A stretch of 64,000 bases of DNA. Origin: Candidatus Omnitrophota bacterium. GTDB lineage: Bacteria > Omnitrophota > Gorgyraeia > Zapsychrales > Aceulaceae. Location of the stretch: NCBI GenBank assembly GCA_029564765.1, contig JAKQPK010000019.1, forward strand, positions 27,919-91,918, read 5' to 3'. A model generated the notes under the pieces. It did no database searches. It saw only the letters and a program-made list of their open reading frames with translations, and had not been told where the DNA came from. The first letter of the stretch is position 1. Every line of letters starts with the position of its first letter. This document shows positions 20,416 to 29,622 of the stretch, piece by piece. Both the position numbers and the translations under genes were made by a program.

Positions 20416-21465
20416 TTATGCTTTTAGTTTCTCACGAATAACGCTTGCGCGCTTAACATCCCTCTCCAGCGGGTCAAGCTTCTTGCCTTCGATCTTCTGC
20501 AGATGAGCCGGCTGGATCATAATGAACAACTCGTTCACCGTCTGCTTACTAACATGCTTGATCACGCCGACATCAATCCCTAGACGCACCATCGAAAGCA
20601 GATCAACTGTTTCTTGACTAGAAATGATATGAGCGCTCTTTAAAATGCCGTACGAACGGCTGATCTTATCCTCCAGAACAGAACGGTTTTGGACAAGCAA
20701 GGCCTGCCGTGCCTGCTCTTCCTGCTCAACGATCTGGCGCACCAGACCGTTAATATTCTGCAAAATATCTTCTTCGCTGTGGCCTAAAGAGACCTGATTG
20801 GAGATCTGAAAGAAATTCCCTGTCGCTTGCGTTCCTTCCCCATAAAAACCGCGGGATGTGAAGCTTAATTTCGCAATGGCCTCCAGAACTTTGTTGATCT
20901 GCTTAGTCATCACCAATGCCGGCAAATGCAGCATGACAGAGCCTCGAATACCTGTTCCGGTGTTCGTCGGACATGCCGTTAAATATCCCCAATTCGCATC
21001 ATAAGCGTAAGGGATCTTCGCAGACAAGATATCATCGATCATGTTGATGATCTTCCATGTCTCCCGAAGGTCAAACCCTGACTGCATGACCTGGATCCTC
21101 AGGTGATCTTCTTCGTTGATCATGATGGAAAGGATCTCTTCTTTGGAGATGAGGATCGCTCTTCCTTCGCTGGTCGCGGCATGATCGTGGCTCATCAAAT
21201 GCCTCTCGATAAAGAACTGCTGGTCCAAGGCATCAAGCTCATTGATCTTCAAGAGCATCGCATTTTTGAAATATTCCGAAGAATCAAAGGCAGCCTTTGC
21301 GATCCTTACGATCTCTGCTAGATCTTTTTTATTAGCGCGGGCTGGAAAAGGTATCTTTTCAACGTTTCGAGCCAGGCGGATCCTTGATGACATGACAATA
21401 TGTGATTGAGGACCCGCTCCTTTTAGCCACTCTCCGGTATGCGTGATCAGATCATCGATCTTCAT
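20416..21465 (-). CDS. mcsB: protein arginine kinase McsB
   Basis: ATP:guanido phosphotransferase domain. Position between mcsA and clpC. Confidence 0.85.
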   Translation of the reverse strand: MKIDDLITHTGEWLKGAGPQSHIVMSSRIRLARNVEKIPFPARANKKDLAEIVRIAKAAFDSSEYFKNAMLLKINELDALDQQFFIERHLMSHDHAATSEGRAILISKEEILSIMINEEDHLRIQVMQSGFDLRETWKIINMIDDILSAKIPYAYDANWGYLTACPTNTGTGIRGSVMLHLPALVMTKQINKVLEAIAKLSFTSRGFYGEGTQATGNFFQISNQVSLGHSEEDILQNINGLVRQIVEQEEQARQALLVQNRSVLEDKISRSYGILKSAHIISSQETVDLLSMVRLGIDVGVIKHVSKQTVNELFIMIQPAHLQKIEGKKLDPLERDVKRASVIREKLKA

Positions 21466-22013
21466 AGTTGTTTTTCCTTTTCTTTTTTCTCAAGAATGCG
21501 GATCTTGTCCCTAAGGATAGCTGCCTGCTCAAAATTCTCAGATAAAACAGCGTGTTGTAGTTTCGTTTTTAGCTCTTGAAGTCCTTCTTCCTTCACAACA
21601 GTGGTCTTGACAGCCGCTGCTTTTAAGGATGGCGCTGCAGGCAAAGGAGCCGGACGACCAATAGGTTTTTTGCCTAAATGCTGGCCGGACCCGTGGATCT
21701 TTTTTAGCAGTGATGATAAATGCGCACGAAAAGCGTTATAGCACTCACTGCAACCCAAACGTCCGAATTTACGAAAATCCTCATAGCCCAACGCGCAATT
21801 CGGGCACTGCAGCTTGCTTTTTTCTTCTGTCTTGATTTGCTTGCCAAAATCAGAGAGCCCTGCCAAAAGGTCCGCAAGGCCAAACTGCTGCTCCATCTGA
21901 ACGCTACGCTCTTTAGCGCAATCCTCGCAGATATGCATCTCTGCCATTTTGCCATCCACGATCTCGGTCAAATGCACAGTGGCTTTCTTTTTTTTACAAA
22001 CATCACAGATCAT
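21462..22013 (-). CDS. mcsA: McsA-like activator of McsB (zinc fingers + UVR domain)
   Basis: CDVC...CEDC and CPNC...CSEC zinc-finger pairs. C-terminal UvrB/C motif. 4-nt overlap with mcsB. Confidence 0.75.
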   Translation of the reverse strand: MICDVCKKKKATVHLTEIVDGKMAEMHICEDCAKERSVQMEQQFGLADLLAGLSDFGKQIKTEEKSKLQCPNCALGYEDFRKFGRLGCSECYNAFRAHLSSLLKKIHGSGQHLGKKPIGRPAPLPAAPSLKAAAVKTTVVKEEGLQELKTKLQHAVLSENFEQAAILRDKIRILEKKEKEKQL

Positions 22014-22043
22014 AAAATACTCCTTGCGATGATGATCGCTTCG

Positions 22044-22907
22044 TTAATATTTCACACCGTCTTTGGACGTGATCGTATGAAAAGCTTTGATAAGCTTTAA
22101 TGTAATGGGTCCTGGAACACCATCGCCAATCACACGCCCGTCAACCTTGACGATCGGAATGATCTCAGCGGCTGTCCCTGTCAAAAAACATTCTTCCGCG
22201 ACAAAGATCTCATGACGTGTCATCAACTTCTCGCTGACCATTATTTTTTGTTTTTTCGCTAATTCCATGACCGCATCGCGCGTGATCCCCCGCAGACGAG
22301 CATTGGGAGGCGTCAAGAGCTCACCTCGACGAACAATGAAAACATTGTCCCCGGTACACTCCGCGACAAATCCCTGCGCGTCCATCATCAAGGCTTCCAT
22401 GCAGCCAGAATTCGTGGCTTCAATCTTTGCCAAAATGTTGTTCAAATAATTCAAGGACTTCAGCTGAGGATTAACGGCCTCATTAAGGTTGCGCACGGTC
22501 GGAACCGTGATAATCGCCATCCCTTTTTGATAAAGTTCTTGAGGATAAAGCGTGATCTTATCCGTGATCACGATAACGGTCGCTGTGCCCTGGCATTTGC
22601 GAGGATCTAAGCCTAAATCCCCTTCTCCGCGGCTGACAATAACCCTGATGTAGGCATCTGACAAATGATTGCTCTTCAATGTCCTCACGACCGCATCGAT
22701 CATTTGGGCTTGAGTTAAAGGTATTTTTAGCATCAATGTGTGCGCTGATTCATAAAGCCTTTGAATATGTTCTTGCAGCTTAAAAACATTACGCTTATAA
22801 GACCTGATCCCCTCAAAGACTCCATCCCCATAAAGAAATCCGTGATCAAAAACGGAAACCTTGGCATCTTTCTTCTCCACAAATTTTCCATTAAGATAGA
22901 TCTTCAT
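22044..22907 (-). CDS. ilvE: branched-chain amino acid aminotransferase (class IV)
   Basis: MKIYLNGKFV...FDHGFLYGDGVFEG N-terminus. Start moved to the ATG preceded by AAGGGG SD (the ORF track extends 19 codons upstream). Confidence 0.85.
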   Translation of the reverse strand: MKIYLNGKFVEKKDAKVSVFDHGFLYGDGVFEGIRSYKRNVFKLQEHIQRLYESAHTLMLKIPLTQAQMIDAVVRTLKSNHLSDAYIRVIVSRGEGDLGLDPRKCQGTATVIVITDKITLYPQELYQKGMAIITVPTVRNLNEAVNPQLKSLNYLNNILAKIEATNSGCMEALMMDAQGFVAECTGDNVFIVRRGELLTPPNARLRGITRDAVMELAKKQKIMVSEKLMTRHEIFVAEECFLTGTAAEIIPIVKVDGRVIGDGVPGPITLKLIKAFHTITSKDGVKY

Positions 22908-22921
22908 AAGCCGCCCCTTTG

Positions 22922-23602
22922 TTAGTTTGAGTTGGTAATTTTTCCATCTTGAATATGGACACATCTCTGTGCTTGTTGCGCGATCGCAAGGTCGTGCGTC
23001 ACGATCACGACGGCCTGGCCTTGCTCCTGATTCAACTTACGCAACAGCGCGATGATACTCTCTCCTGACTGCGAATCTAGATTGCCTGTTGGTTCATCAC
23101 ACAAAATGATCTTTGGGCTGTTCATGAGGGCACGCGCGATAGCGACCCGCTGCTGCTCCCCGCCCGAAAGCTGTTTGGGTTTATGCGAAAGCCTGTGTTG
23201 CATACCCATTTGCCTTAGTAAAGACGCGGCCTTTTGTTCGATCATAGGCCGCTGCGACATCCCATCCCTGATAAAAGCGGGCAGCATCACATTCTCGATC
23301 GCGTTGAACTCAGGCAATAAATGATAAAATTGAAAAACAAACCCGATCTTTGTGTTGCGCAACGCAGAACGTTTACGATCATTCAAGCGCTGTACTTCTT
23401 CACCGTCGATAAAAACTTTTCCTTGAGTTGGAAAATCCAATCCTCCAAGAATATGCAACAGCGTCGATTTTCCAGCTCCAGATGGGCCAGTTAAGCTCAC
23501 GAATTCTCCCGGTTGCATAGAGAAATCGACACCTTTTAAGACCGCTAAAGGAGCTCCGGTCTCAATATAAACTTTATGGATATTCTCAGCTCTTAACATC
23601 AT
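22922..23602 (-). CDS. lolD: lipoprotein-releasing ABC transporter ATP-binding protein
   Basis: Walker A GPSGAGKST, ABC signature LSGGEQQR. Adjacent FtsX-like permease. Confidence 0.8.
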   Translation of the reverse strand: MMLRAENIHKVYIETGAPLAVLKGVDFSMQPGEFVSLTGPSGAGKSTLLHILGGLDFPTQGKVFIDGEEVQRLNDRKRSALRNTKIGFVFQFYHLLPEFNAIENVMLPAFIRDGMSQRPMIEQKAASLLRQMGMQHRLSHKPKQLSGGEQQRVAIARALMNSPKIILCDEPTGNLDSQSGESIIALLRKLNQEQGQAVVIVTHDLAIAQQAQRCVHIQDGKITNSN

Positions 23603-24798
23603 TCGTACCGAAGCGCTTCCACAGGCTCAAGTCGTCCTGCCATCTTCGCCGGATAGATCGTCGCAAGATACGTGATCATCATGGCCGCTCCCGCGATCAT
23701 CAGAAGATCGTTTAATTCTAGGACAACCGGAAGCTTATCTAGATAATAAATATCCGGAGGCAATTTAATAAATTGATATTCTTTCAGCGCTAGGCTTAAG
23801 CTGATGCCGCCTACGCAACCCCAAAACGTTCCCATAAAGCCAATGGATAACCCTTTAAAAACAAAAATGCGCTCGATCGCCTTGCGTGGAACGCCAACGG
23901 CCTTCAATGTGCCGATATCCTTGATCTTTGTTGTGACCGTGACGATCAGCGTGCTGACGATATTGAACGACGCCACAAGAACGATCAAGGTCAGGATAAC
24001 GAACATCGCGAACTTCTCAAGTTTTAGTGCCGCAAAAAAGTTCTTATTCATATCGATCCACGTTTTGACCAGAAAACTATATCCCAGCGTCTTATAGATC
24101 ATTTTCTTTACATGCGGCGCTTGATACACGTCATCAAGCTTAACAGCGATACCGGATACGGTTCCAGCAGGCATCCGATAGATCTCTTGGGCCTTGGTAA
24201 GGCTGATCAAAACAAGGTTCATATCATAATCGTACATGCCTGAACTAAAAACACCGACAATGGTAAGTTCATGTCGCCATCCACCACCAGCCAGTCCTAA
24301 AGCCGGAGCGATCAAGGTGATCTGATCCCCCACCTCTTTCCCGAGATAAATCGCCAGTTCTCGGCCAATGATAGCGCCGCGCTCATTCAATGCCTCCAGC
24401 CGACCCTCCCGCAGATACTCCCTGGCTTTTGTGACCGTTGCTTCTGTGGCTGGGTCAATACCACGGCCCATAACGCTCATTGATTGACCGGCATACTCCA
24501 AGAAAAGAGGGCCTTGCACATACGGCGTCGTTGCTTTCACGCCTGGTATGCTAAGAAGCTCTTTCTGGGTTTGGGCAATATTCCCAACGCCTACTTCTTT
24601 TTCAACAACGATATGCGCGTTGGTGCCTATGATCTTATCCCGCAGATCACTGTCAAATCCTGTCATGACCGCAATGACGATAATAAGCGCCGCGACACCG
24701 ATCGCGACACCCGCGACAGCGATAAAATTGATCACGGCTAAAAAAGGTTCTTTTTTGGCAAAAAGATACCGGATCCCGATCCATCCCTCGTAGGTCAT
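23599..24798 (-). CDS. lolC: lipoprotein-releasing system permease (LolC/LolE, FtsX-like)
   Basis: MacB-like periplasmic domain between TM1 and TM2, with a C-terminal FtsX domain. Confidence 0.75.
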   Translation of the reverse strand: MTYEGWIGIRYLFAKKEPFLAVINFIAVAGVAIGVAALIIVIAVMTGFDSDLRDKIIGTNAHIVVEKEVGVGNIAQTQKELLSIPGVKATTPYVQGPLFLEYAGQSMSVMGRGIDPATEATVTKAREYLREGRLEALNERGAIIGRELAIYLGKEVGDQITLIAPALGLAGGGWRHELTIVGVFSSGMYDYDMNLVLISLTKAQEIYRMPAGTVSGIAVKLDDVYQAPHVKKMIYKTLGYSFLVKTWIDMNKNFFAALKLEKFAMFVILTLIVLVASFNIVSTLIVTVTTKIKDIGTLKAVGVPRKAIERIFVFKGLSIGFMGTFWGCVGGISLSLALKEYQFIKLPPDIYYLDKLPVVLELNDLLMIAGAAMMITYLATIYPAKMAGRLEPVEALRYE

Positions 24799-26261
24799 GT
24801 CAATTCTTCTTCTTTTTTTGTATGCGGCTTGAGCAAAGGAAATAAAATAACATCACGGATCGAAGGGGCATCTGTCAAGATCATGACAAGGCGGTCGATC
24901 CCGATGCCTAATCCGCCCGCTGGGGGCATGCCATATTCCAGCGCGTGGACAAAATCTTCGTCAATAGTTCGCAATCCTGTTTCCGTGTCATCCTTAAGGT
25001 CTTCTGTTAAACGCGCGCGCTGCTCGACAGGATCATTAAGCTCTGAATACGCGTTACCAACTTCCATGCCGGCGATAAAACACTCAAATCGTTGCGCTAA
25101 AAGCGGGTTATCCGGCTTGGCCTTGGCCAAGGGTGAAAGAAAAGTAAAATAATCGATAAGGAATAAAGGGTTGTTTGTCGCGTCTTCATCCAAAAAGTCT
25201 TCAACGAGCTTCATGATGCCAGAGCGCGTCAATGTCTCATCGGCGGCAACCTTTTTTCTCGCCTTCACCTTAGCCAGCATTGTTTTAGCATCGTCGCCAG
25301 GATCAATATCAAATTTATCTTTAACAAGCTCCGCGAATGACCTTCTTTTCCAAGGGGGCGTAAAATCGATCTCCTTGCCTTGATAAATGATCTTGTATCC
25401 TCCGGTCATCGTTTGGACCGCGGAGCTGACCATGTCCTCGGTCAATTTCATCATATCGTTAAAATCCGCGTAAGCCTGATAGACTTCCAGCATGGTAAAT
25501 TCTGGGTTGTGACGTGTCGATATACCTTCATTACGGAAATTACGATTAAGCTCGTACACTCTCTCTAATCCGCCGACCAAAAGACGCTTGAGATACAGCT
25601 CAGGAGCGATACGTAAAAAGACTTCCATATCATAAGCATTGTGAAGACTTTTAAATGGCCGTCCTCTCGCCCCGCCAGCCATAGGCTGCAGCATGGGAGT
25701 TTCAACTTCCAGAAAGCCGCGCGCGTCCAGGAAAGAGCGAATAAAACTAACGATCTTACTGCGCTTAACGAACACGTCTCGAACATCTTTGTTCGCCAAA
25801 AGATCGACATAGCGCTGACGATAGCGGATCTCAACATCCTTGAGTCCATGCCATTTCTCAGGAAGACACATCAAAGATTTTGAAAGAATGGAGAACTCAA
25901 GCACGCGGACACTTTCTTGCCCTGTCTTTGTCCTAAACAGTTTGCCTTTAACTCCAGCGATATCGCCAATATCCACTTGATGCTGGACTAGATGAAAAAG
26001 GTCCTCGCCAACATTGTCCAATTTGACAAAAAGCTGGATCTTGGCATTTTGGTCCATCAGGTCTAGAAAGATCACCTTGCCATGAGCGCGATTGGCCATA
26101 ATACGGCCAGCCAAGACAACATCTTTTTCCTCTTCAAAAGCTTCCAGGGACTGCGCGATGGTCGCTGTTGTAACAAACTTCCCTCCATAGGGATTAAAAC
26201 CTTTGGATGCCAAAAGACGTGCTTTTTCTTCTCGGATCTTCTTAATTTCTTCGATTTCCAC
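24795..26261 (-). CDS. lysS: lysyl-tRNA synthetase (class II)
   Basis: OB-fold anticodon-binding N-domain and class II motifs. GTG start preceded by AGGAG SD. Confidence 0.9.
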   Translation of the reverse strand: MEIEEIKKIREEKARLLASKGFNPYGGKFVTTATIAQSLEAFEEEKDVVLAGRIMANRAHGKVIFLDLMDQNAKIQLFVKLDNVGEDLFHLVQHQVDIGDIAGVKGKLFRTKTGQESVRVLEFSILSKSLMCLPEKWHGLKDVEIRYRQRYVDLLANKDVRDVFVKRSKIVSFIRSFLDARGFLEVETPMLQPMAGGARGRPFKSLHNAYDMEVFLRIAPELYLKRLLVGGLERVYELNRNFRNEGISTRHNPEFTMLEVYQAYADFNDMMKLTEDMVSSAVQTMTGGYKIIYQGKEIDFTPPWKRRSFAELVKDKFDIDPGDDAKTMLAKVKARKKVAADETLTRSGIMKLVEDFLDEDATNNPLFLIDYFTFLSPLAKAKPDNPLLAQRFECFIAGMEVGNAYSELNDPVEQRARLTEDLKDDTETGLRTIDEDFVHALEYGMPPAGGLGIGIDRLVMILTDAPSIRDVILFPLLKPHTKKEEELT

Positions 26262-26296
26262 GATTAACTCCTATTTATATTAATATTAAGTAGCTT

Positions 26297-26325
26297 ATTA
26301 TATAGAAAAAGAATAGGGGTGTCAA
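26297..26325 (-). promoter_or_regulatory. sigma70-type promoter of lysS (TTGACA-N17-TATAAT)
   Basis: Minus-strand reading gives TTGACA CCCCTATTCTTTTTCTA TATAAT. It lies ~35 nt upstream of the AGGAG SD and GTG start of lysS. Confidence 0.5.
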
Positions 26326-26366
26326 TTAAAGGGATGCGAAATGAAGGTCGGTTCCTAACAAAAAGA

Positions 26367-26960
26367 TCAGGAATATCTACGGATGCTCGTTATAACCTTG
26401 CCGATCAGGCTGACATCTTCATTGACGGGAATGGGCTGATAAGCGCTATTGGCAGGATGAAGATAAAAATTCTTCCCTTCTCTGACAAGATGCTTGACCG
26501 TGGCTTCATCACCGATCAAGGCCACGACCACATCACCGATCTCGGCAGCTTGCTGACGGCGGACGAGGACCAGGTCATCTGGCATGATCCCGGCTTCGAT
26601 CATGCTGTCACCTTTGACGCGCAAGGCAAAAATATCCGCATCAGAAAAGAAAAGATCGTTGAGGTCAACATATCCTTCAATATCTTCCACGGCCAATGTC
26701 GGACTTCCGGCAGCAACAGCTCCTAAGACAGGGATCCGAAAAGCATCCTTAACAAGCTCAATGGCGCGTGCCTTGCCCTCATTGATCTTGATGTAGCCTT
26801 TATCCACAAGCGCTCTGAGATAATCACGGACAGTTCCGGTGGATGAAAAGCCAAACTCCTCCGCGATCTCACGAATCGTTGGAGGAAGCTTATCATTTTT
26901 GATCTTATTAAAAATGAATTGAAGAACGTTCTTTTGTTTTTCTGTAAGTTCTTTGATCAT
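26367..26960 (-). CDS. lexA: LexA repressor
   Basis: N-terminal winged HTH and C-terminal S24 peptidase with the Ser-Lys dyad region (GDSMIEAGI...). Confidence 0.85.
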   Translation of the reverse strand: MIKELTEKQKNVLQFIFNKIKNDKLPPTIREIAEEFGFSSTGTVRDYLRALVDKGYIKINEGKARAIELVKDAFRIPVLGAVAAGSPTLAVEDIEGYVDLNDLFFSDADIFALRVKGDSMIEAGIMPDDLVLVRRQQAAEIGDVVVALIGDEATVKHLVREGKNFYLHPANSAYQPIPVNEDVSLIGKVITSIRRYS

Positions 26961-26966
26961 AAAAAT

Positions 26967-26996
26967 AATTTACCACACAGATGTATGGTATGTCAA
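26967..26996 (-). promoter_or_regulatory. candidate lexA promoter (TTGACA-N18-TAAATT) giving a leaderless or near-leaderless mRNA, with an imperfect inverted repeat TACCAC-N8-ATGGTA in the spacer (candidate operator)
   Basis: -35 TTGACA at 26991-26996 and -10 TAAATT at 26967-26972. The lexA ATG at 26958-26960 is 7 nt after the -10 and has no SD. Confidence 0.35.
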
Positions 26997-27010
26997 GAAG
27001 CGTTTTATTA

Positions 27011-27050
27011 TTGTTAAAAATGGGCGCATCCTTTTTAAAAGGATGCGCCC
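27011..27050 (-). terminator. rho-independent terminator downstream of htpX
   Basis: Perfect 14-bp-arm palindrome GGGCGCATCCTTTT T AAAAGGATGCGCCC (27022-27050). On the minus-strand transcript it is followed by AUUUUUAACAAUAAUAAAA. Confidence 0.55.
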
Positions 27051-27073
27051 CAAAACCCCTATCCTCTCTTTTT

Positions 27074-28033
27074 CTAGCTCAATGACGACAAATGCTTAAT
27101 ACGTTTCAACATGTTCGGATGCGTGCTTAAAAGTTCCATCATTTTCTCGGAAGAACTAAGACGGGGATGCGCGTTACGCAAAAGCGCTAACTCCCCAGCA
27201 TCAATTGATCCATTGCGATCATAATCTATCTGGCTTAATTCTTTGATCTCGTTTCGCGCATTTGAAGGGTCATTGACAAAAAATGCCTTCATCCCTTCAG
27301 CTTCCTGCACAGCTTCACGAGGCATACGCGCAGAACCATAGACAAGCTTATAGAGCGCGGAAGCCAAGCTCTCCGGACGGTTCCCAAGCTCTACAGACCC
27401 TTTGTCAGCAAAATACTCGCGGATCCTTGAGGCGTACAGAACGAGAAGATTGGTCAAGAAATAAAAAAGGAACGCTGCCAATCCGATCAATGCTGTATTT
27501 GCGCCATCACGGGAACTTCGGCGATTGCCGAAAAAAAGAAATTGCCAAGCGATCCGATAAAGGATCATCGGAATAATGGAAAGAAGGGTGATGGTCAGAA
27601 CATCCCGATTGCGTAAATGAGAGATTTCATGCCCAATAACAGCTCTAAGTTCCTGATCGTTGAGGAGGCTCACGATCCCTTTCGTTACACATACCCTGCC
27701 ATCGGAGATCCCGCGGCCAAAGGCAAATGCGTTAGGAATAGCCATCTGGGAGATCCCAACTTTGGGCATAGGGATACCGGCACGAGAGGCTTGATCCTCG
27801 ACCATTTGATACAACTTAGGATTTTGTTCACGGGTAACATATTTGACGCCCATGGACCATTCAACGATCTTAGGCCCGATCAGATACTGAAAGAACATTA
27901 GGGCGATCGATATGCCAAGATAAAAATAAAAATTGCTGAGGCCCATGAACTGACCTACCACAACAACAGCCGCATAGATAATGCCGAACAAGATCGTCAT
28001 CATCAACCACAAGCGAAACTGTAACGAGAACAT
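27074..28033 (-). CDS. htpX: M48 zinc metalloprotease HtpX with C-terminal EF-hand calcium-binding loop
   Basis: HEISHLRNRD zincin motif, four TM helices, and a canonical EF-hand loop DYDRNGSIDAGE near the C-terminus. Confidence 0.8.
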   Translation of the reverse strand: MFSLQFRLWLMMTILFGIIYAAVVVVGQFMGLSNFYFYLGISIALMFFQYLIGPKIVEWSMGVKYVTREQNPKLYQMVEDQASRAGIPMPKVGISQMAIPNAFAFGRGISDGRVCVTKGIVSLLNDQELRAVIGHEISHLRNRDVLTITLLSIIPMILYRIAWQFLFFGNRRSSRDGANTALIGLAAFLFYFLTNLLVLYASRIREYFADKGSVELGNRPESLASALYKLVYGSARMPREAVQEAEGMKAFFVNDPSNARNEIKELSQIDYDRNGSIDAGELALLRNAHPRLSSSEKMMELLSTHPNMLKRIKHLSSLS

Positions 28034-28089
28034 AAAACCTCCTTTTCAGAAAAGCCATATAAAAACCAGCGATTTTCAAATGACAATTA

Positions 28090-28129
28090 TAACCAAAAGC
28101 CTGCCAAAGTAAATATTTTTTGGCAGGCT
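28090..28129 (-). terminator. candidate rho-independent terminator after the PNPOx-like gene
   Basis: Inverted repeat AGCCTGCCAAA / TTTGGCAGGCT (28098-28129) followed on the minus transcript by UUUUGGUU. A TATAAT for htpX lies just beyond. Confidence 0.45.
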
Positions 28130-28162
28130 CCTTGATGTTTCTAAACTGTTTCTACAACAGTC

Positions 28163-28570
28163 TCAGATCTTGATCGCTCTATAATCGTAAGTCGCGTGAT
28201 GAAAAACACGCACATTCTTAGGCTTCATACGCAAAACAACCAGCATGGGATCACTAGGAGTCTCATAAAACTTATGCAAGGACAGGACATTGCTCCATAG
28301 TCTTGCTTTATCCTTAAGCGATGTGCTTAACATACACGGCCCCGCGATTCGCACATGCGCTCCGTCGGGTGCTGCAAAACAATACTCCGCGTACGGGACT
28401 TTTTTAAGGTGGTCGATCTTTTCTTGTCCTTCTTCAATACCGCACCAAAGCTCTTTGCCAGCCCAATAAAGAGCGCGCACAGGACGGACACCGACGCGCT
28501 TGCCATCAGACGTCGCCAGCATTCCAAAAGGAACGCTTTTCATAAATTCCTGTAATTGATAGAATGTCAT
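28163..28570 (-). CDS. pyridoxamine 5'-phosphate oxidase-like FMN-binding split-barrel protein
   Basis: PNPOx-like pattern (VPFGMLATSDGKRVGVRPVRALYW...). Start taken at the ATG (28568-28570) directly after the stop of the upstream small ORF. The ORF track extends to 28630. Confidence 0.5.
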   Translation of the reverse strand: MTFYQLQEFMKSVPFGMLATSDGKRVGVRPVRALYWAGKELWCGIEEGQEKIDHLKKVPYAEYCFAAPDGAHVRIAGPCMLSTSLKDKARLWSNVLSLHKFYETPSDPMLVVLRMKPKNVRVFHHATYDYRAIKI

Positions 28571-28574
28571 ATGA

Positions 28575-28763
28575 CTACTTGCAACAGCAGCTTCCGCCAG
28601 CTGCGGTCCTTTTAACCATGCTGGAAACAATAAAGAAAGCTAGCGCAATAAAAATGACTTGATTGTCCGATGCTGGCAAGACATCAAAAGCTGCTGCCAG
28701 TAAAAGCATAATTCCACAGCCCTGCAGAAGGACTGTGATCGTCTCAACAGGTTTTGCCTTCAT
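28575..28763 (-). CDS. small membrane protein (62 aa, two TM helices, C-terminal CCCK)
   Basis: Strong SD AAGGAGGG 6 nt upstream of the ATG. Its stop abuts the PNPOx-like start. Confidence 0.4.
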   Translation of the reverse strand: MKAKPVETITVLLQGCGIMLLLAAAFDVLPASDNQVIFIALAFFIVSSMVKRTAAGGSCCCK

Positions 28764-28834
28764 AATACCCTCCTTTGTATGAGATTCCCCTTAACGCTAT
28801 TTTTTTAAGATAAAAGATCAAGCTGATCATGCCA

Positions 28835-29596
28835 TCACTTTCTTTTTGCTGAAGCCTGTAAATTTACAAAAAATTTCTGAAAACATAGCACGTGAAAATG
28901 CAAATGCTTTCTCTGGTCCTGTCTTCTGAAAAGAAATCCCTGATCATAAAGTTCAGCTAAAGAAAGTTTGTTGTCTTCTTTTTTAGTCAAGATCCCCTGG
29001 GCAGCTCTATGCATCTGTTGAGCTACCGCTTCTCTGCCTAAGGAAAGAAAGATGTTGGCAAGCTCTTCATACGCGAGATATTCATCTTCCCTGGTGCGGG
29101 TTAAAAAGGACATAAAGTCCTCAAGAACGATCTGCGGACCCATGGCCTCCCGGAAATCATCATTCCGAAGAAAACCTGCATACATGCCCACTGTCTTTGG
29201 TAAAACATCTATGGCTTTCTGTAATAAAAAAATCGCTTTTTCAAATTCCTTTTTCTGACTATAGATCATGCCCTGATCCCAATAATAAGAATACTGATTC
29301 GGATTAATAGTAATTGCTTTATCATACATAGCGATCGCTCGATCAAGATCACCTAAATAATAGTAACAAAATCCTTGGTTAGCATACGCATGATCGAATG
29401 GGCCTAAGGTATCTATAAGCTCTTGATAATACTGAATGCACCACCTTAATTCATATGCAGTAAAATCTTGGTTCTCGTTAATTTTATGAACGATTTCTGC
29501 TTCTAAGCGCTTTTTATATGCAATGGAAGAAAGCTTGGCCACCACTGGCTCTTCTCTGAAGAAAACAAAGAAAATCATTAAAACCAGCAAATACAT
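28835..29596 (-). CDS. TPR-repeat protein with N-terminal membrane anchor
   Basis: TPR-like repeats (YYYLGDLDRAIAMYDKAITINPNQ...) after a TM segment. Start ambiguous: ATG at 29674 lacks an SD, ATG at 29596 has a weak GGTGG. Confidence 0.55.
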   Translation of the reverse strand: MYLLVLMIFFVFFREEPVVAKLSSIAYKKRLEAEIVHKINENQDFTAYELRWCIQYYQELIDTLGPFDHAYANQGFCYYYLGDLDRAIAMYDKAITINPNQYSYYWDQGMIYSQKKEFEKAIFLLQKAIDVLPKTVGMYAGFLRNDDFREAMGPQIVLEDFMSFLTRTREDEYLAYEELANIFLSLGREAVAQQMHRAAQGILTKKEDNKLSLAELYDQGFLFRRQDQRKHLHFHVLCFQKFFVNLQASAKRK

Positions 29597-29622
29597 AACA
29601 ATCCACCGATGGCAGAAATGTT

